NCBI RefSeq assembly: GCF_004010195.1
Contig: NC_057718.1
Span: 71,147,790-71,211,789, forward strand
Reading direction: 5' to 3'
Origin: Chiloscyllium plagiosum
Taxonomy: Eukaryota
DNA: 64,000 nucleotides
A program made the position numbers and the translations under genes. Shown here piece by piece: positions 12,511 through 25,091 of the stretch (position 1 is the stretch's first letter; each line of letters begins with the position of its first letter). The notes under the pieces are model-generated. The model searched no databases, was not told the DNA's origin, and worked only from the letters and a program-made list of their open reading frames with translations.

Positions 12511-12880
12511 GAGGCAATGGCCTAGTGGTATTATCACTGGACTGTCAGCCTAGAGACCTAGATAATGTCTAGTGACCAGAGTTTGAATACCGCCATTGTG
12601 ATGGTGGAATTTACATTCAATAAAAATGCCTGGAATTAGGTGTCTCACGATTACCGTGAATCCATTGTTGATTTTTAGGGAAAACCCATCTAGTTTGTTG
12701 CTTGTTGATCCATTGTTGATTGTTAGGGAAAACCTTGGAGGGAAAGAAGCTGCCACCTTTACCTGGTCTGGTGTACATTTCACTCCAGACTCTCAACAAT
12801 GTGGTCGACTCTTAACTGCCTGATGGGCAATAAATGCTGTTTGGTCAGTGATGCCCTCATCCTACAAATGAATATTAAAC
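12511..12880 (+). mobile_element. tRNA-derived SINE distinct from HE1 (central region possibly MetaSINE-like)
   Basis: A box tggcctagtgg and B-box-like gagtttgaatacc. Body acctggtctg...actccagac...gactcttaactgcc; tail gatgggcaataaatgctg. Confidence 0.8.
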
Positions 12881-13751
12881 AAAACTCCTTTGGTCATCTT
12901 TGCATCTTAAATTCCTCTGTTTGATGATCAGCAGATTTAGCCCAGCCAGATGAATGAAGTTTCAGTGGGGAAGCATTTTTGGAACAGTGGCAATAATTCT
13001 GTAAGCTTTAAGTTATTTATGGATAAAAATAAGAGTAGGTCTTGGGTGAAAATACTAAATTGGGGGAAGGCTAACTACACAATATTAGACAAAAACTGGG
13101 CAATGTCAATTAGGGATGGCTGTTTAAGGGTATATCAACATCTGTTATGTGGGAATCTTTTAAAGGCCAATTGGTTAGAGTCAGGACTGTCATGTTTCTG
13201 GGAAAGTGAGGGATGAAAATGGCAAGATTTAATAACCTCAAACAAGAGGAGAAATTATGAGCTTAGTCAGAAATAAAGAGGAAGCATACACAAAAGTTTA
13301 GGACACTGAAGACAGACAGAGCCTGCAAGGAATATAAAGAAAGTAAAAAAGAACTCAAACAGGACTCAGGAGTGCTAAAAGGAGCATAAAATTATCTTGG
13401 CAAATAGGATTAAAAAAAACCTCGAGGCTTTTTATATGTTTATAAGGAAAAAGAGGTTAGCAAGGGAAAGGGCTGTTTTGCTCAAGAAGAGAGGAGGGAA
13501 TTTATGCATGGAACCAGAAGAGATGGGTGAGGTTCTTTGTGAATTCCAATGCAAAGTGTTCATTAACAAGAAGGACACAGAGGATGGTGAGTCTAGGAAG
13601 GGGGATTTTAATATTGTGGGGCATGTTGATATATAAAAAAAAAGGTGTGTTGGGTGCTTTGTATGTATTAGGGTAGACAAATCCCCAGGACCTGATGGGA
13701 TCTATTCCAGAATACTAATGGAGGCTGGTGAGGAAACTGCTGGGGCCTTGT

Positions 13752-15943
13752 ACAATAGACAATAGGTGCAGAAGTAGGCCATTCTGCCCTTCGAGCCTGC
13801 ACCACCATTCAATATGATCATGGCTGATCATCCTTAATCAGTATACTGTTCCTGCCTTATCTCCATAACCATTGATTCCACTATCCTTGAGAGCTCTATT
13901 CAACTCTTTCTTAAAGGAATCCAGAGACTGGGCCTCCACTGCCCTCTGGGGCAGAGCATTCCACAAAGCCACCACTCACTGGCTGAAGAAGTTTCTCCTC
14001 ATCTCTGTCCTAAATGATCTACCCCGTATTTTTAAGCTGTGTCCTCTGGTTCGGCACTTACCCATCAGCGGAAACATGATTCCTGCCTCCATAGTGTCCA
14101 ATCCTTTAATAATCTTATATGTCTCAATCAGATCCCCTCTCAGTCTTCTAAACTCAAGGGTATACAAGCCCAGTTGCTCCAGTCTTTCAGCGTAAGGTAG
14201 TCCCGCCATTCCAGAAATTGACCTCGTGAACTTATGCTGCACTCCCTCAATAGCCAGAATGTCTTTCCTCAAATTTGGAGACCAGAACTGCACACAGTAC
14301 TCCAGGTGTGGTCTCACCAGGGCCCTATACAGCTGCAGAAGAACTTCTTTGCTTCTATACTCAATCCTTCTTGTTATGAAGGCCAGCATGCTATTAGTCT
14401 TCTTCACTACCTGCTGTACCTGCATGCTTACCTTCACTGACTGGTGTACAAGAACACCCAGATCTCTCTATACTGCCCCTTTACCTAAATTGATTCCATT
14501 AAAAATGATTCCATTGAGGTAGTAATCTGCCTTCCTGTTCTTGCCACCAAAGTGGAAAACCATACATTTATCCACATTAAACTACATCTGCCATGCATCT
14601 GCCCACTCACCTAACTTGTCCAGGTCACCCTGTAATCTCCTAACATCCTCAGCACATTTCACCCTGCCACCCAGCTTTGTATCATCAACAAATTTGCTAA
14701 TGTTATTGCTGATACCATCTGCTATATCATTAACATATATTGTAAAAAGCAGCGGTCCCAGCACGGATCCCTGCGGTACCCCACTGGTCACTGCCTGCCA
14801 TACCGAAATGGAGCCNNNNNNNNNNNNNNNNNNNNNNNNNNNNNNNNNNNNNNNNNNNNNNNNNNNNNNNNNNNNNNNNNNNNNNNNNNNNNNNNNNNNN
14901 NNNNNNNNNNNNNNNNNNNNNNNNNNNNNNNNNNNNNNNNNNNNNNNNNNNNNNNNNNNNNNNNNNNNNNNNNNNNNNNNNNNNNNNNNNNNNNNNNNNN
15001 NNNNNNNNNNNNNNNNNNNNNNNNNNNNNNNNNNNNNNNNNNNNNNNNNNNNNNNNNNNNNNNNNNNNNNNNNNNNNNNNNNNNNNNNNNNNNNNNNNNN
15101 NNNNNNNNNNNNNNNNNNNNNNNNNNNNNNNNNNNNNNNNNNNNNNNNNNNNNNNNNNNNNNNNNNNNNNNNNNNNNNNNNNNNNNNNNNNNNNAATTCT
15201 CTTCAGTTCAGGTCCTTCAGCCACTGTTACCTCAGGGAGATTGCTTGTGTCTTCCCCAGTGAACACAGATCTGAAGTACCAATTCAATTCTTCTGCCATT
15301 TCTTTGTTCCCCGTAATATATTCCCCTGTTTCTGTCTTCAAGGGCCCAATTTTAGACTTCACCATTTTTTTCCCTTTCACTTTTCTGAAAAAGCTTTTAC
15401 TATCCTCCTTTATATTTTTGGCCAGTTTACCTTCGTACCTCATTTGTTCTCTGCGTATTTCCTTCTTAGTAATCCTCTGTTGTTCTTTAAAAGCTTCCCA
15501 GTCCTCAGTTTCCCTACTTATCTTTGCTATGTTATACTTTTTCTCTTTTAACTTTATAAGTTTCTTAACTTCCCTCGTCAGCCACGGCCACCCCATGCCT
15601 CCTCCTAGGATCTTTCTTCCTTTTTGGAATGAACTGATCCTGCATCTTCTGCATTATACACAGAAATATCCGTCATTGTTCCTCCACTGTCATCCCTGCT
15701 AAGGTATTGCACCATTGAACTTTGGCCAGCTCCTCCCTCATAGCTCCATAGTTCCCTTTATTCAACTGAAATATTGTCACTTCTGATTGTACCCTCTCCC
15801 TCTCAAGTTGCAGATTGAAGCTTATGGTCACTACTTTCCAATGGCTCCTTCACTTCGAGATCCCTGATCAATTCTGGTTCATTGCACAATACCAGATCTA
15901 GAATTGCCTTCTCCCTGGTAGGCTCCAGCACCAGCTGTTCGAA
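13752..15943 (-). mobile_element. Relatively young CR1 LINE (ORF2 and 3' tail) with an internal gap
   Basis: Long open stretches including TSGVPQGSVLGPLLFTIYVND, KFVDDTKLGG and ALVRPHLEYCVQFWSP. caatagacaatag tail. Confidence 0.93.
14816..15194. other. Assembly gap
   Basis: N run. Confidence 1.
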
Positions 15944-16409
15944 GAAATCTTTGTATCTTCTTTAGTCACAGGAGAGGTCCAAGAATAGCCATTGTTGTTC
16001 CTTTATTTAAGAAGGGCAACAGAGATAACCCAGGAATTTACAGGTTGGCAAGACTTACAACAGTGGTAGGGAAATTATTGGAGAAGATTCTTACAGACAG
16101 GATTTATTCACATTTGGAAGAATATGAACTTATTTGTGTCAGGCAGCATGGTTGTGTCTCACAAACTTGAGTATTTGAGGAAATGATAAAGAGATAGTAA
16201 GACTCAAAAGGTGATCTGAAGTATTAGAGGTTTCAATATAGTGGATGCAGAGAAAATGTTTACTCTTGTGGGGATAAGCATAACTAGAGGCACCAATAAA
16301 AATCACAAACCAAAACAGAAGAATAAATTGCTTTTCACAAATAGTATTGAGTGTCTGTAACTTGCTATAAACAGGAATGGATTAAGTGAAAACTAGAAAT
16401 GTATTTTGG

Positions 16410-17610
16410 GTTGATGAAACATCTGAAGATAGTTGGGCCTAGGACACCACCCTGAGGAACTCCTGCAGAGTTGCCCTGGAGCTGAAATAACTGACCTCCA
16501 AAAATCAGAACCACCTTCCTGTGTGTCTGGTCTGACTATAATCACCAGAGAATTTGTCCTCTGATACCATGATTCCAGTTTTGCTAGGGGTCCTTGATGC
16601 CACACTTGGTCAAATGCAACCTTGATGTCGAGGGCAGTCACTCTCACCTCACCCCTGGAATTCAGCTCTTTGACCATGTTTGAACCAAGGCTATAATGAG
16701 GACAGAAGCAGAATGGCCCTGACAGAATGCAAACTGGGCATCACTGATCAGGTGCTGCTCAATTGCATTGTTGATGACATCTTTATCACTTTATTGATGA
16801 GAGTAGGCTGTTGTTGCGGTAATTGGCTGGGTTGGATCTGTCCAGGACATAGCTGGGCAATTTTCCACATTGTCAGGTAGATGCCAATGTTGTAGCTATA
16901 CTGAAAGAGCTTGGTTGTATGGGAGTGGCAGTTTCTGGAATACAAGTCTTCAGTAATATTGCCGGAATGTTGTCAGAACCCGTGGTGTTTGCAGTATAGA
17001 GTGTCTCCAACCATTTTTTGATATCATGTGAAGTGAATCAAATTAAATGAAGACTGGTATCTGTAACGCAGGGGACCACTGGAGGAGCCAGGATGGATCA
17101 TGCACTCAACATTTCTGGCTGAAGATTGCTCAGAAAGCTTCAGACTTATCTTTCACACTGATGTGCTGGGCTCTTCCATCTTGAGGATGGGAATATTTGC
17201 AGAGCCTCCTCCTCCAGTCATTTATTTAAGTGTCCACCACCATTTGCAACTGGATGTGGCAGGACTGCAGAACTTAGATCTGATCCATTGGTTGCGGGAT
17301 TGATTAGCTCTATCACATGCTGCTTATTCTATTTGGCATGCAAGTAGTCCTGTTTGGTGACTTCACCAGGTTGACACCTTGTCTTTAGGAATGCGTTGTG
17401 CTGCCCTTCTGCACTCTCCATCGAACCAGAGTTAATTCCTTGGCTTGACGGTACTGAATAAGTGGAGGAAATGCTGCGCCTTGAGATTATAGATTATGCT
17501 GGAGTACAGTTCTGCTGCTACTGATGGCCCACAGCTGATGAAGGTTATTCTCAATGTGAAGACTTCATCTTCACAAGGACTCTGCAGTGGTCATTCTTAC
17601 CAATATTGTC
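16410..17610 (-). mobile_element. Internal fragment of the SINE-headed LINE family
   Basis: KELNSRGEVRVTALDIKVAFDQVWHQG, KLFQYSYNIGIYLTMWKIAQ. Confidence 0.85.
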
Positions 17611-17954
17611 ATAGAGTATTTTTAGAACATAGATAGATTGAATCTTATTTGGCAAGGGGAATCAAGAATGATTAGGGGCAGCATTCTCTCTCTCGACTTG
17701 GAGCATAGAACGTAACCGCGCAGTACAGGCTCTTTGGCCCTTGATGTTGTGCCGACCTGTGAAATTAAGCTGATGCTCATCTAACCTATACTATTCCATT
17801 ATTATCCATATGTGTATCCATGTAAATGCCCTTCAAGTTGGCGTGTCTACTACTGTTGCAGGAGGGCCATTCCACGCCCCCAATACTCTGAGTGAAGAGT
17901 ATCTGATACCTGTCCTAAATCTATTACCCCTCGTGTTAGCCTTCACAATCAGAG

Positions 17955-20110
17955 GATTTGATGTCGTCCTCCTCCTCAACTATCTGAAACACTTGCCATA
18001 TGTGGTCTCTCCACAGAAGATTTCTATTGCACAACATCAGGTAATGTTTCTGGGATTCATCCTGTCTACTGACTCATGCTCTCTTGAACAGAGCCGCGTC
18101 ACACTTATTGTCAACTTCCCAGTTCCAACCACAAAACAAGTCCGCAAGTGGCTGGGCATGGTCAACTTCTGCCGACAATGGATTCCAAATGCAACTCTCC
18201 TCATTAAGGTGTTGACCCCATTCACCTCTCATGAAGGGACCTTCAATCTCTCCTTAGAGAGGAAGCAAGCTTTCAATGAACTTAAGCATGCCTTGTTACA
18301 AGCTCCAGCTTTGGGAAGACCACTCTGTGACAGACCCTTCCAACTGTACTGCACCATCTTGGATGACTGTGCCACTTCAGTTCTCACTCAACTGCTTGGA
18401 GATCGACACCACCCAGTGACCTACTTTTCTACTAAACTTGACCCTGTTGCCTTAAGACATCTCTGCTGCACTCAAATCCTAACAGTTATTTATTTTAGTC
18501 TACAATCTGCAGAAAATCTTACACTACGGCAAGACATTGCCATCTACAGTTCTCATGCCGTAATTGCCCTGTTAGGACACCTACAAATTCAACATTTGAC
18601 TGCCGCTCGCCAAAACCCATTATGAGATTTACCTCCTCAACAATCCTCGACTGACCTTCAAGAATTGTACTACTATTAATCTCGCTGATTTCCTTATACA
18701 TCCTCCTTCACCCTTATCCGCTCTTGATCATGATTGTCTTCTTCTCATTAACGAGGATCTTCAAGTTCATCCAGACCTCTCTGACGCCCCTATCTCAGGC
18801 CCTGATATCAATATGTTCACTGATGGTAGTTCCTTTACTGACCATACAGGTACTCGCCTTTCAGGCTATGAGATAGTTAATGACTATGGCTGTGTCCTGG
18901 AATCTGCTGCCTTTGAGACTCCTTTTTTTGCCCAGCAAGCTGAGCTTTTAGCACTTAGTCGTGCTTGCATCCTCGACACTCGTCTTCATGCTAACATTTA
19001 TACTGATTCCCAATATGCTTTTGGGGTTGTGCAGGACTTTGGACAACTCTGGGAGGAACAGAGGATTTTTGACATCATCTAGTACTCCAATTTCCCAGCG
19101 CCAGCTTGTCTGAGACCTTTTAACCACGCTCTTATTCCCAAAGCAGGTTTCTGTTATCAAATGTGCTGCCCATACTACTGACCAATCCCCTGTTGACATC
19201 GCGCTGCTGATGAGGCTGCAAAACTAGCCTCTCGCAACCGTCTTATGATTGTGCCTAAAATGACAAGCCAGCTTGAAATCTCTGACAGGAGTCAGTTGAC
19301 CACGGTTAAACTAATGCCAACCATTCAAGATGTTGTTACCTTACAAGGGGACGCCTCTGATTCTGAAAGGCAGATGTGGTCCAAAGCAGGCTGTTATTGT
19401 AATCTTGTTACTAAATTATGGACCACTCCAGCTGGACAGATTTGTATGTTTGCTGATACTCTTGCTCTGTGGGTAGTTGATTGTCTTCATAATGCTACAC
19501 AGTGGTGCTCGCTCTACACCTGACCTCCTATTGACCACCTGTTGGCACCCTCACCTCCAGCAGGTAGCTCAATGTGTCAGTGATAGAACACAACCCAGGC
19601 AAGGGTATACCTTGCCCGGTGGTCAAAATGCCCCTCCCTCAAGGACCTTTCCAAACCCTTCAACTTGACCTCATCGAGTTAGAGGTGTCAAAACTATATG
19701 TATGTTTTGGTTATTGTTGATGTCTTTTCTAAATGGGTTGAAGCTACTACCAAAACTGTTGTGAGTATCCTACTTAAGGAGATTATTCCCCACTTTGGCA
19801 TTCCCTATTGCCTGTCTTCTGACAATGGTCCTCATTTTGTTGGCGAAATAAATGAGGAATTATGCTTTCACTTCAGTATCCGCTGCCAACTCCATTGTGC
19901 TTATTGTCCACACGCAGCAGGACTTGTGGAGCATTGTATCCAGACTCCGAAAACCAAACTTTGGTTTGTCTCTGGCACCACCTTATTTTTAATTTTTTCT
20001 GCCTTATTTAATTGGATTATAGGCCATCCCTTCACTTATTATTCAGCTGTTGACACTTTACTCACACCATCTGACACTTTTGATCATCTGCAGAGACTTA
20101 TTATTTGACA
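17955..20110 (+). mobile_element. Endogenous retrovirus pol fragment (class I, gamma/epsilon-like): RT C-terminus, tether, RNase H, integrase; decayed, no LTR seen
   Basis: WLGMVNFCRQWIPN, LLQAPALGRP, YFSTKLDPVA; FTDGSS, AQQAELLALSRAC, NIYTDSQYAFGVVQDFGQLW; LVIVDVFSKWVEA, EIIPHFGIP, SSDNGPHF, AGLVE. Confidence 0.92.
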
Positions 20111-20164
20111 CTCCACTCACAGCTTTTGAATGATATTTTCTCTCTGCCCTTGATTTTTAAACAT

Positions 20165-20318
20165 ATAAATTCTGTGTCTGTGTGCTTCTCTCTCACTTCA
20201 CCTGACAAAGGGGCTAGCTCCAAAAGCTGAGATTTCAAATATACCTGTTTGATGAAAACCTGGTGTCGTGTGACTTCTGACTTTGCCCATCCGAGTCCAA
20301 CACCGGCACCTCCATATC
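20165..20318 (+). mobile_element. PLE 3'/pLTR fragment (second family, decayed HHR)
   Basis: cctgacaaaggggctagctccaaaagct...cctggtgtcgtgtga, homologous to the minus-strand copies at 44494 and 62905. Confidence 0.65.
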
Positions 20319-20541
20319 TTGGCATGTCATAACATTCAAGGCTATGGACCAAGTGTTGGAAAGTGGAATCAAATGTAGTTTCAGACTTTATTGTTGCCCG
20401 TGCAGACTCGATGGGCCAAAGGCCCTCTTTCTGGACTGCATGATTCTTTGATTCTAAATTTTGAGATCTGGTGTCATCATTAATTTGTGAACATTCAAAT
20501 TATATGGCAAAACAATTTGCCCTTTATTTAGATAATCATAC

Positions 20542-20632
20542 CTGTGGACTTGTTGGGTTCAAAGCGGCACATTAACCATAGTTCTTGATTGTACGTAGAC
20601 AAGCCAGGTGTTTGCAGCTTAAAAGGGCGAGA
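20542..20632 (-). CDS. TMEM181: TMEM181 coding exon (91 nt, phase 0 to phase 1): SRPFKLQTPGLSTYNQELWLMCRFEPNKST
   Basis: Polypyrimidine tract ending ...ataccAG and donor GTatga. Only one frame is open. LSTYNQELWLMC matches the TMEM181 motif LSTYNQQLWLTC. Confidence 0.92.
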
Positions 20633-21340
20633 CTGGTATTAAATGGGAAAATAAAAAGGCAAAAATTAACCTCTAGTAATTTTTTGATGATATAGTAACT
20701 ACCAACTATACCACATCACAAAAAAAGGCTTCAAATTTCAGAGAAGATTCAGCTTCAGCATTTCAAGTGTTCCAGGAAACCAAAATATAGCTTCAAAAAC
20801 CCTGACTAATGATGAATACCCAAAACTGGTTTGAGTTCTGCTCTAAATGGTCTCTGGGGCAATATTGTGAAAAATTATAAAATATTGTCTCTTCTGGTGG
20901 ACGAGGGCAAAGCTGAGACTAAAGAATCTCACAGCAATTGTTACTTCATTCATGCCAGAACATAGCAGAGTGAGGCAGAACCGGGTTGGCACTCCTGCTT
21001 CTCTTCACTCGAGTTAAAAAGATGCCAGTTTCTGATACTCCTTCAATGCTCTCCAACAATTGCTCAAAGGATAAACGTGGGTTTAACATTTAATTGAATT
21101 CAATATTCATTTCATGCAGTTACCAGTTCCACCTAAAACAAAAGATGTCTAATATACCTACCATCCCGCTGGTGACACAGATTAGATGCGGGAGTTAGTG
21201 ACAAGAAGTTAGTACAAAAATGGCACATGATTTACTCCCCAAACTGGTAAAATGCAACAATGCCCTGTTGCTCAATGTGGCCCATTGCAAATGTCAGGAT
21301 GCCTGACCATTGCAAACCGATTGATTTGAGTTTAACAATA

Positions 21341-21660
21341 GGGCAGCACGGTGGCTCAGTGGTTAGCACAGCGCCAGGGAGCCTGGTTCAATTCCGGCTG
21401 CGGGCAACTGTCTGTGTGGAGTTTGCACATTCTCCCAGTGTCTGCATGGGTTTCCTCCAGGTGCTCTGGTTTCCTCTCACAGTTCAAAGATGTGCAGGTT
21501 AGGTGAATTGGCCATGCTAAATTGCCCATAATGTTAGGTGCATCAGTCAGGGGTAAATGTGTAAATGTCAGGGAATGGTGCTGGGTGGGCTGCTCTTTGG
21601 AAGGTTGGTGTGGACTTGTTGGGCCGAAGGGCCTGATTCCACACTGTAGGGAATCTAATC
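21341..21660 (+). mobile_element. HE1-type V-SINE, full length
   Basis: ggcagcacggtggctcagtggttagca head, V core, CR1-like tail gggccgaagggcctg, aatctaatc end. Confidence 0.93.
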
Positions 21661-22076
21661 AAATAAACACAGTTGCTCATGTTATCCTCTTTTGTACTTT
21701 ATTTGTGTACAAGGCAATTTTCCATGCATCATTACAGTTTCCTTGTTTAAAAATAATAATGACCAAATAGAATTCTAAGATATCACGATGTGGCAAAACA
21801 ACTAGTGGAACAAAAAAGCTCAATGCTAATATTACCGACAATTAAACTGATATCTGTGGAAAGGACTCAGAACTTTCAAAGTAGGATGGTCTGTTATTGT
21901 TTTTATGATCACATCATTGACATTGTCCAATGATTTCATAGATTTCCATTCATCTTACGATCAGCAAAACAAGACTCTAGCAACAACAGGCAAGTGGGAA
22001 AGGGCTCAAAAACAATAAAATTAGTTATGTAATTCTACAAAATAAAGCAAGTGAATGTTTTACAACACTAACTTAC

Positions 22077-22138
22077 CAGATGACCTTTGCTTTTGGTTGA
22101 AATTGGTGGCAAGGCTGTGGATGTAATAATTCCTGGAC
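22077..22138 (-). CDS. TMEM181: TMEM181 coding exon (62 nt, phase 1 to phase 0): (G)PGIITSTALPPISTKSKGHL
   Basis: Acceptor tattctttctgctttcAG and donor GTaagt. Its phases join the 104-nt and 91-nt exons in frame and complete the conserved G|P junction. Confidence 0.88.
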
Positions 22139-22374
22139 CTGAAAGCAGAAAGAATAGATCATGTGAAACAATGCACACATTTTTCATTTGGCATGGTGAA
22201 TAATGAAGGAGTTGAACGCATTTCTTTTCCCCAATCTACATCAATTTCAGGAGATCCTGAAGCATATTCTCGGATAAGTTCATCTCCCATTTCAATGGGG
22301 AAACATATGCATCCTAGCCGTTTCCTCTTCCATTGATCTAAGTTGATAATGGTGATTCAATTAGCAGAGGCATA

Positions 22375-22615
22375 GGTGGCAATGGTGCAGCAGTGATAAT
22401 GTAGAGCACTAGTAATCTAGAGGTCTAGGCTAATAGTCTGATGGATGAGTTCAAATCCATTCCAGCAGCTAGTAGAATTTAAATTCAGTTGATAAAATCT
22501 CGAATTGAAAACTAGTCTCAGAGATACTGACCATGAAATTATTGTTAACTATCTTAAAAACTTAGCTGGCTTACAAATGCCCTTGCGGGGAGAAAATCTG
22601 CCATTCATTACCAGG
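22375..22615 (+). mobile_element. 5' half of a tRNA-derived SINE (12511 family); the 3' half is at 27706-27855
   Basis: gagttcaaatcc B box and aatctgccatt...accaggttt. Resumes after the LINE as ggtttgacc...tgactccagg...gactcttaactgc. Confidence 0.7.
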
Positions 22616-23461
22616 TTTTTTTTTTAATTCACTAGCTGGCCAGCATTTATTGCCCATCCATAGTTGCCCCTTCAGAAGGTGGTGGCCAGCTGCCTTCGTG
22701 AACTGCTGCAGTCCACCAGCTGTGGGTTGACCCATAATGCCATCAGGGTGGGAATTTCAGGATTTTTACACAGCGACAGTGAAGGAACGCTGATATATTT
22801 CCAAGTCAGGATGGTGAGTGGCTTGGAGTGGAACTTGAAAGATGGTGTTCCCACGTATCTGTTACCCATGTTCCTCTAGATGAAAGTGGTCATGGGTTTG
22901 GAAGATACTGTCTGAGGATCTTTAGTGAATATCTGCAGTGCACAATGTAGACAGGACACACTGCTACTACTGAGCATCAGTGGCGGAGGGAGTGGATGCT
23001 TATGGATACAGTGCTGATCAAACAGGCTGCTTTGTCCTCGATGGTGTCAAACTTAGAGTCTTGTTGGGGCTGCACTCATCCAGGCAAGTGGGGAATATTC
23101 CATCACACTCCTGACTTGTAGATGGTGGACAGGCATTGGGGAGACAGAAGGTAAGTTATTCACTGCAGTATTCCTGGTCTCTGACCTGCTCTTGCAGCCA
23201 CTATATTTATGTGGCAAGTCCACTTCAGTTTCTGATCAATGATAACTCTCAGGATGTTGATAGAATGGGATTCAGTTGAATGTCAAGGGGCAGTGGTCGG
23301 ATTGCCTTTTGGAAATGGTCATAGCCTAGCATTTGTGTGGCACAAATATTACTTGTCACTTGTCAGCCCAAACCTGGATATTGTCCAGATCTTGTAGCAA
23401 TTAAAGATGGGCTGCTTCAGAGTCGGAGTCATCATGAATGGTGCGAAACATTGTACAATCA

Positions 23462-24120
23462 ATCATTGTGCCTCTCCTGCAACCACTACTCCCAATGTGG
23501 TCTTCTCTACATCAGTGAGACAAAAATGTTCGCTTAGGGAACATTTCAACAAACTTCTCAGCCAGTCCTCTAAGGCCAGTCTGACCTCCTGCTCATAATC
23601 CATTTTAATTTCCCTTCCCACTCCCACATGTCCATCTTCAGCCTCCTCCATTGCCACAGTAAATCAGACCGCAAGTTAAAGGAACACCACCTCATTTTCT
23701 GCCTGGGGAGCCTACAGCCTGGAGGCCTCAACAAAAAGTTCTCTAATTTCAAGTAACTTTCTCACCCACCCCCCGACTCCCTATCCAGCCCAACTTCCTC
23801 CTTTTGATTCCAACTACTGATCCTTCCTTCCACTACCTAGTGGATTCATCCCTCCCATCTACCAATCAGGTCATACCCACCATGTGTTCATCTATCACCA
23901 CTTCACCATTCTGCCATTCTCCCCACCCAAAACCCTCCCTCCTCCTTTTATCTAAAGCTCCTCCTACCCCCAACTTCATTCCTGAAGAATACATATAAAG
24001 AAGTCATACCAGAAACGTCAACTTCTCCATCTCCTGATGCTGTCTGGCTTCCAGCTATATTCTTCTAGCCTCCTGCTTTCCTACTTTAGATTACAGCACC
24101 TGCAGGGTTTTTTTGCCTCT
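23462..24120 (+). mobile_element. PLE 3' fragment: GIY-YIG endonuclease end plus tail with decayed HHR
   Basis: SQCGLLYISETK, RKLKEHHLIFCLGSLQPGGLN. TSD cattgt(a/g)caatca at 23449-23461 and 24121-24133. Confidence 0.85.
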
Positions 24121-24286
24121 CATTGTGCAATCATTGGCAAACATTCCCACTTCTGACCTTATGATGGAGAAAAGGTGAAGCAGGTGAAAATGGTTGGGCA
24201 TAGGACACCCTGCAGAACTCCTGCAGAGATGCCCTGGAGCAGAGATGTCGAATCTCCAACAACCACAACCATCCTCCTCTGTGTCA

Positions 24287-25091
24287 TCGTTCCAACACAG
24301 GTTAAACCCCTCTGCTAATTTAAACCAGCCATACAAATAAGATTCACGTCGTGTTGTAATGTGTTAAAATTGGAGAGGCAAAGACTCTTTAAGTCCAACA
24401 GAGAATATTAAAACCAACAACTATTTACAACTCCTTTCTCTTAAACCTCTCTCTTACCTCCCACTCTACAACACTAGCCTGATAAAAAAAATCCTGATTA
24501 AGATTTATAAAAAAAATTTCAAAACCAGTCAGCTGTCGAATCTTCTCTTTTTATCTTCTTCTGCAGGTTTCCTCTGTCACCTTTTTGATGTCCTGCTGCG
24601 CAAACGTTTTGTAGTCAGGTACCTTTCCGAGAGCCTTTCTGCTGGCAGTCTGTACTTGTTGGTGGCTTGGCAGTTGCATTCCTGAAGAAGGGCCTGTTCC
24701 CTGGATGCTGCCTGACCTGCTGTGCTGTTCCAGCAATAAAGTTTCAACTTTGATCTCCAGCACCTGCAGACCTCACTTTCTCCCCGGCTTGGCAGTTCTC
24801 CCCTAACTGTTCAAAATGTCTGGTTTTATACCCCAAAACATTGGATCGTTTCATTGGTTTTAATATTATCAAAATACTAAATTCAAATTTGATTGGATTC
24901 TGATATCTTGGGGCATAATTTAAACTGATTGGCCGAATTTGTTTTTGTATTCCATAGCAACACTGCTGTACTACTGGTTTTGACCAAGTGTTACATTGCT
25001 ACCTTGTTCAGAACACTGTATGCTGTGTCAGGCAGTCCTTGCTAGCTTTTCAACTCTCTTCAAGGTACAGTACTTCCATACCTTCATAACA
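24287..25091 (-). mobile_element. Gypsy-type solo LTR
   Basis: Minus strand starts TGTTATGAAGgtatggaagtactgtacctt, like 2271. 4-bp TSD gtca at 24283-24286 and 25092-25095. Confidence 0.88.
24676..24785 (+). mobile_element. PLE mini-unit with a partly deleted HHR, inside the LTR
   Basis: cctgaagaagggc...gatgctgcctgacctgctg...ctcactttctcc. TSD ggcttggcagtt at 24664-24675 and 24786-24797. Confidence 0.85.

Larger units (their letters stand above)
12930..16200 (+). mobile_element. Decayed CR1 ORF2 fragment split by a younger CR1
   Basis: VGKHFWNSGNNSVSFKL, ANRIKKNLEAFY, KSPGPDGIY. Resumes at ~15945 with PLFKKG and DNPGIY. Confidence 0.75.

Noticed and set aside
12660..12734. 27-bp tandem duplication in the SINE (similar one at ~39472-39533)
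   Set aside because: Ordinary slippage-type duplications inside decayed repeats.
14541..15596. Long ORFs in the ORF track (also at 3159-4140 and 47065-47528)
   Set aside because: Inflated by N gaps, or antisense shadows of CR1 ORF2.
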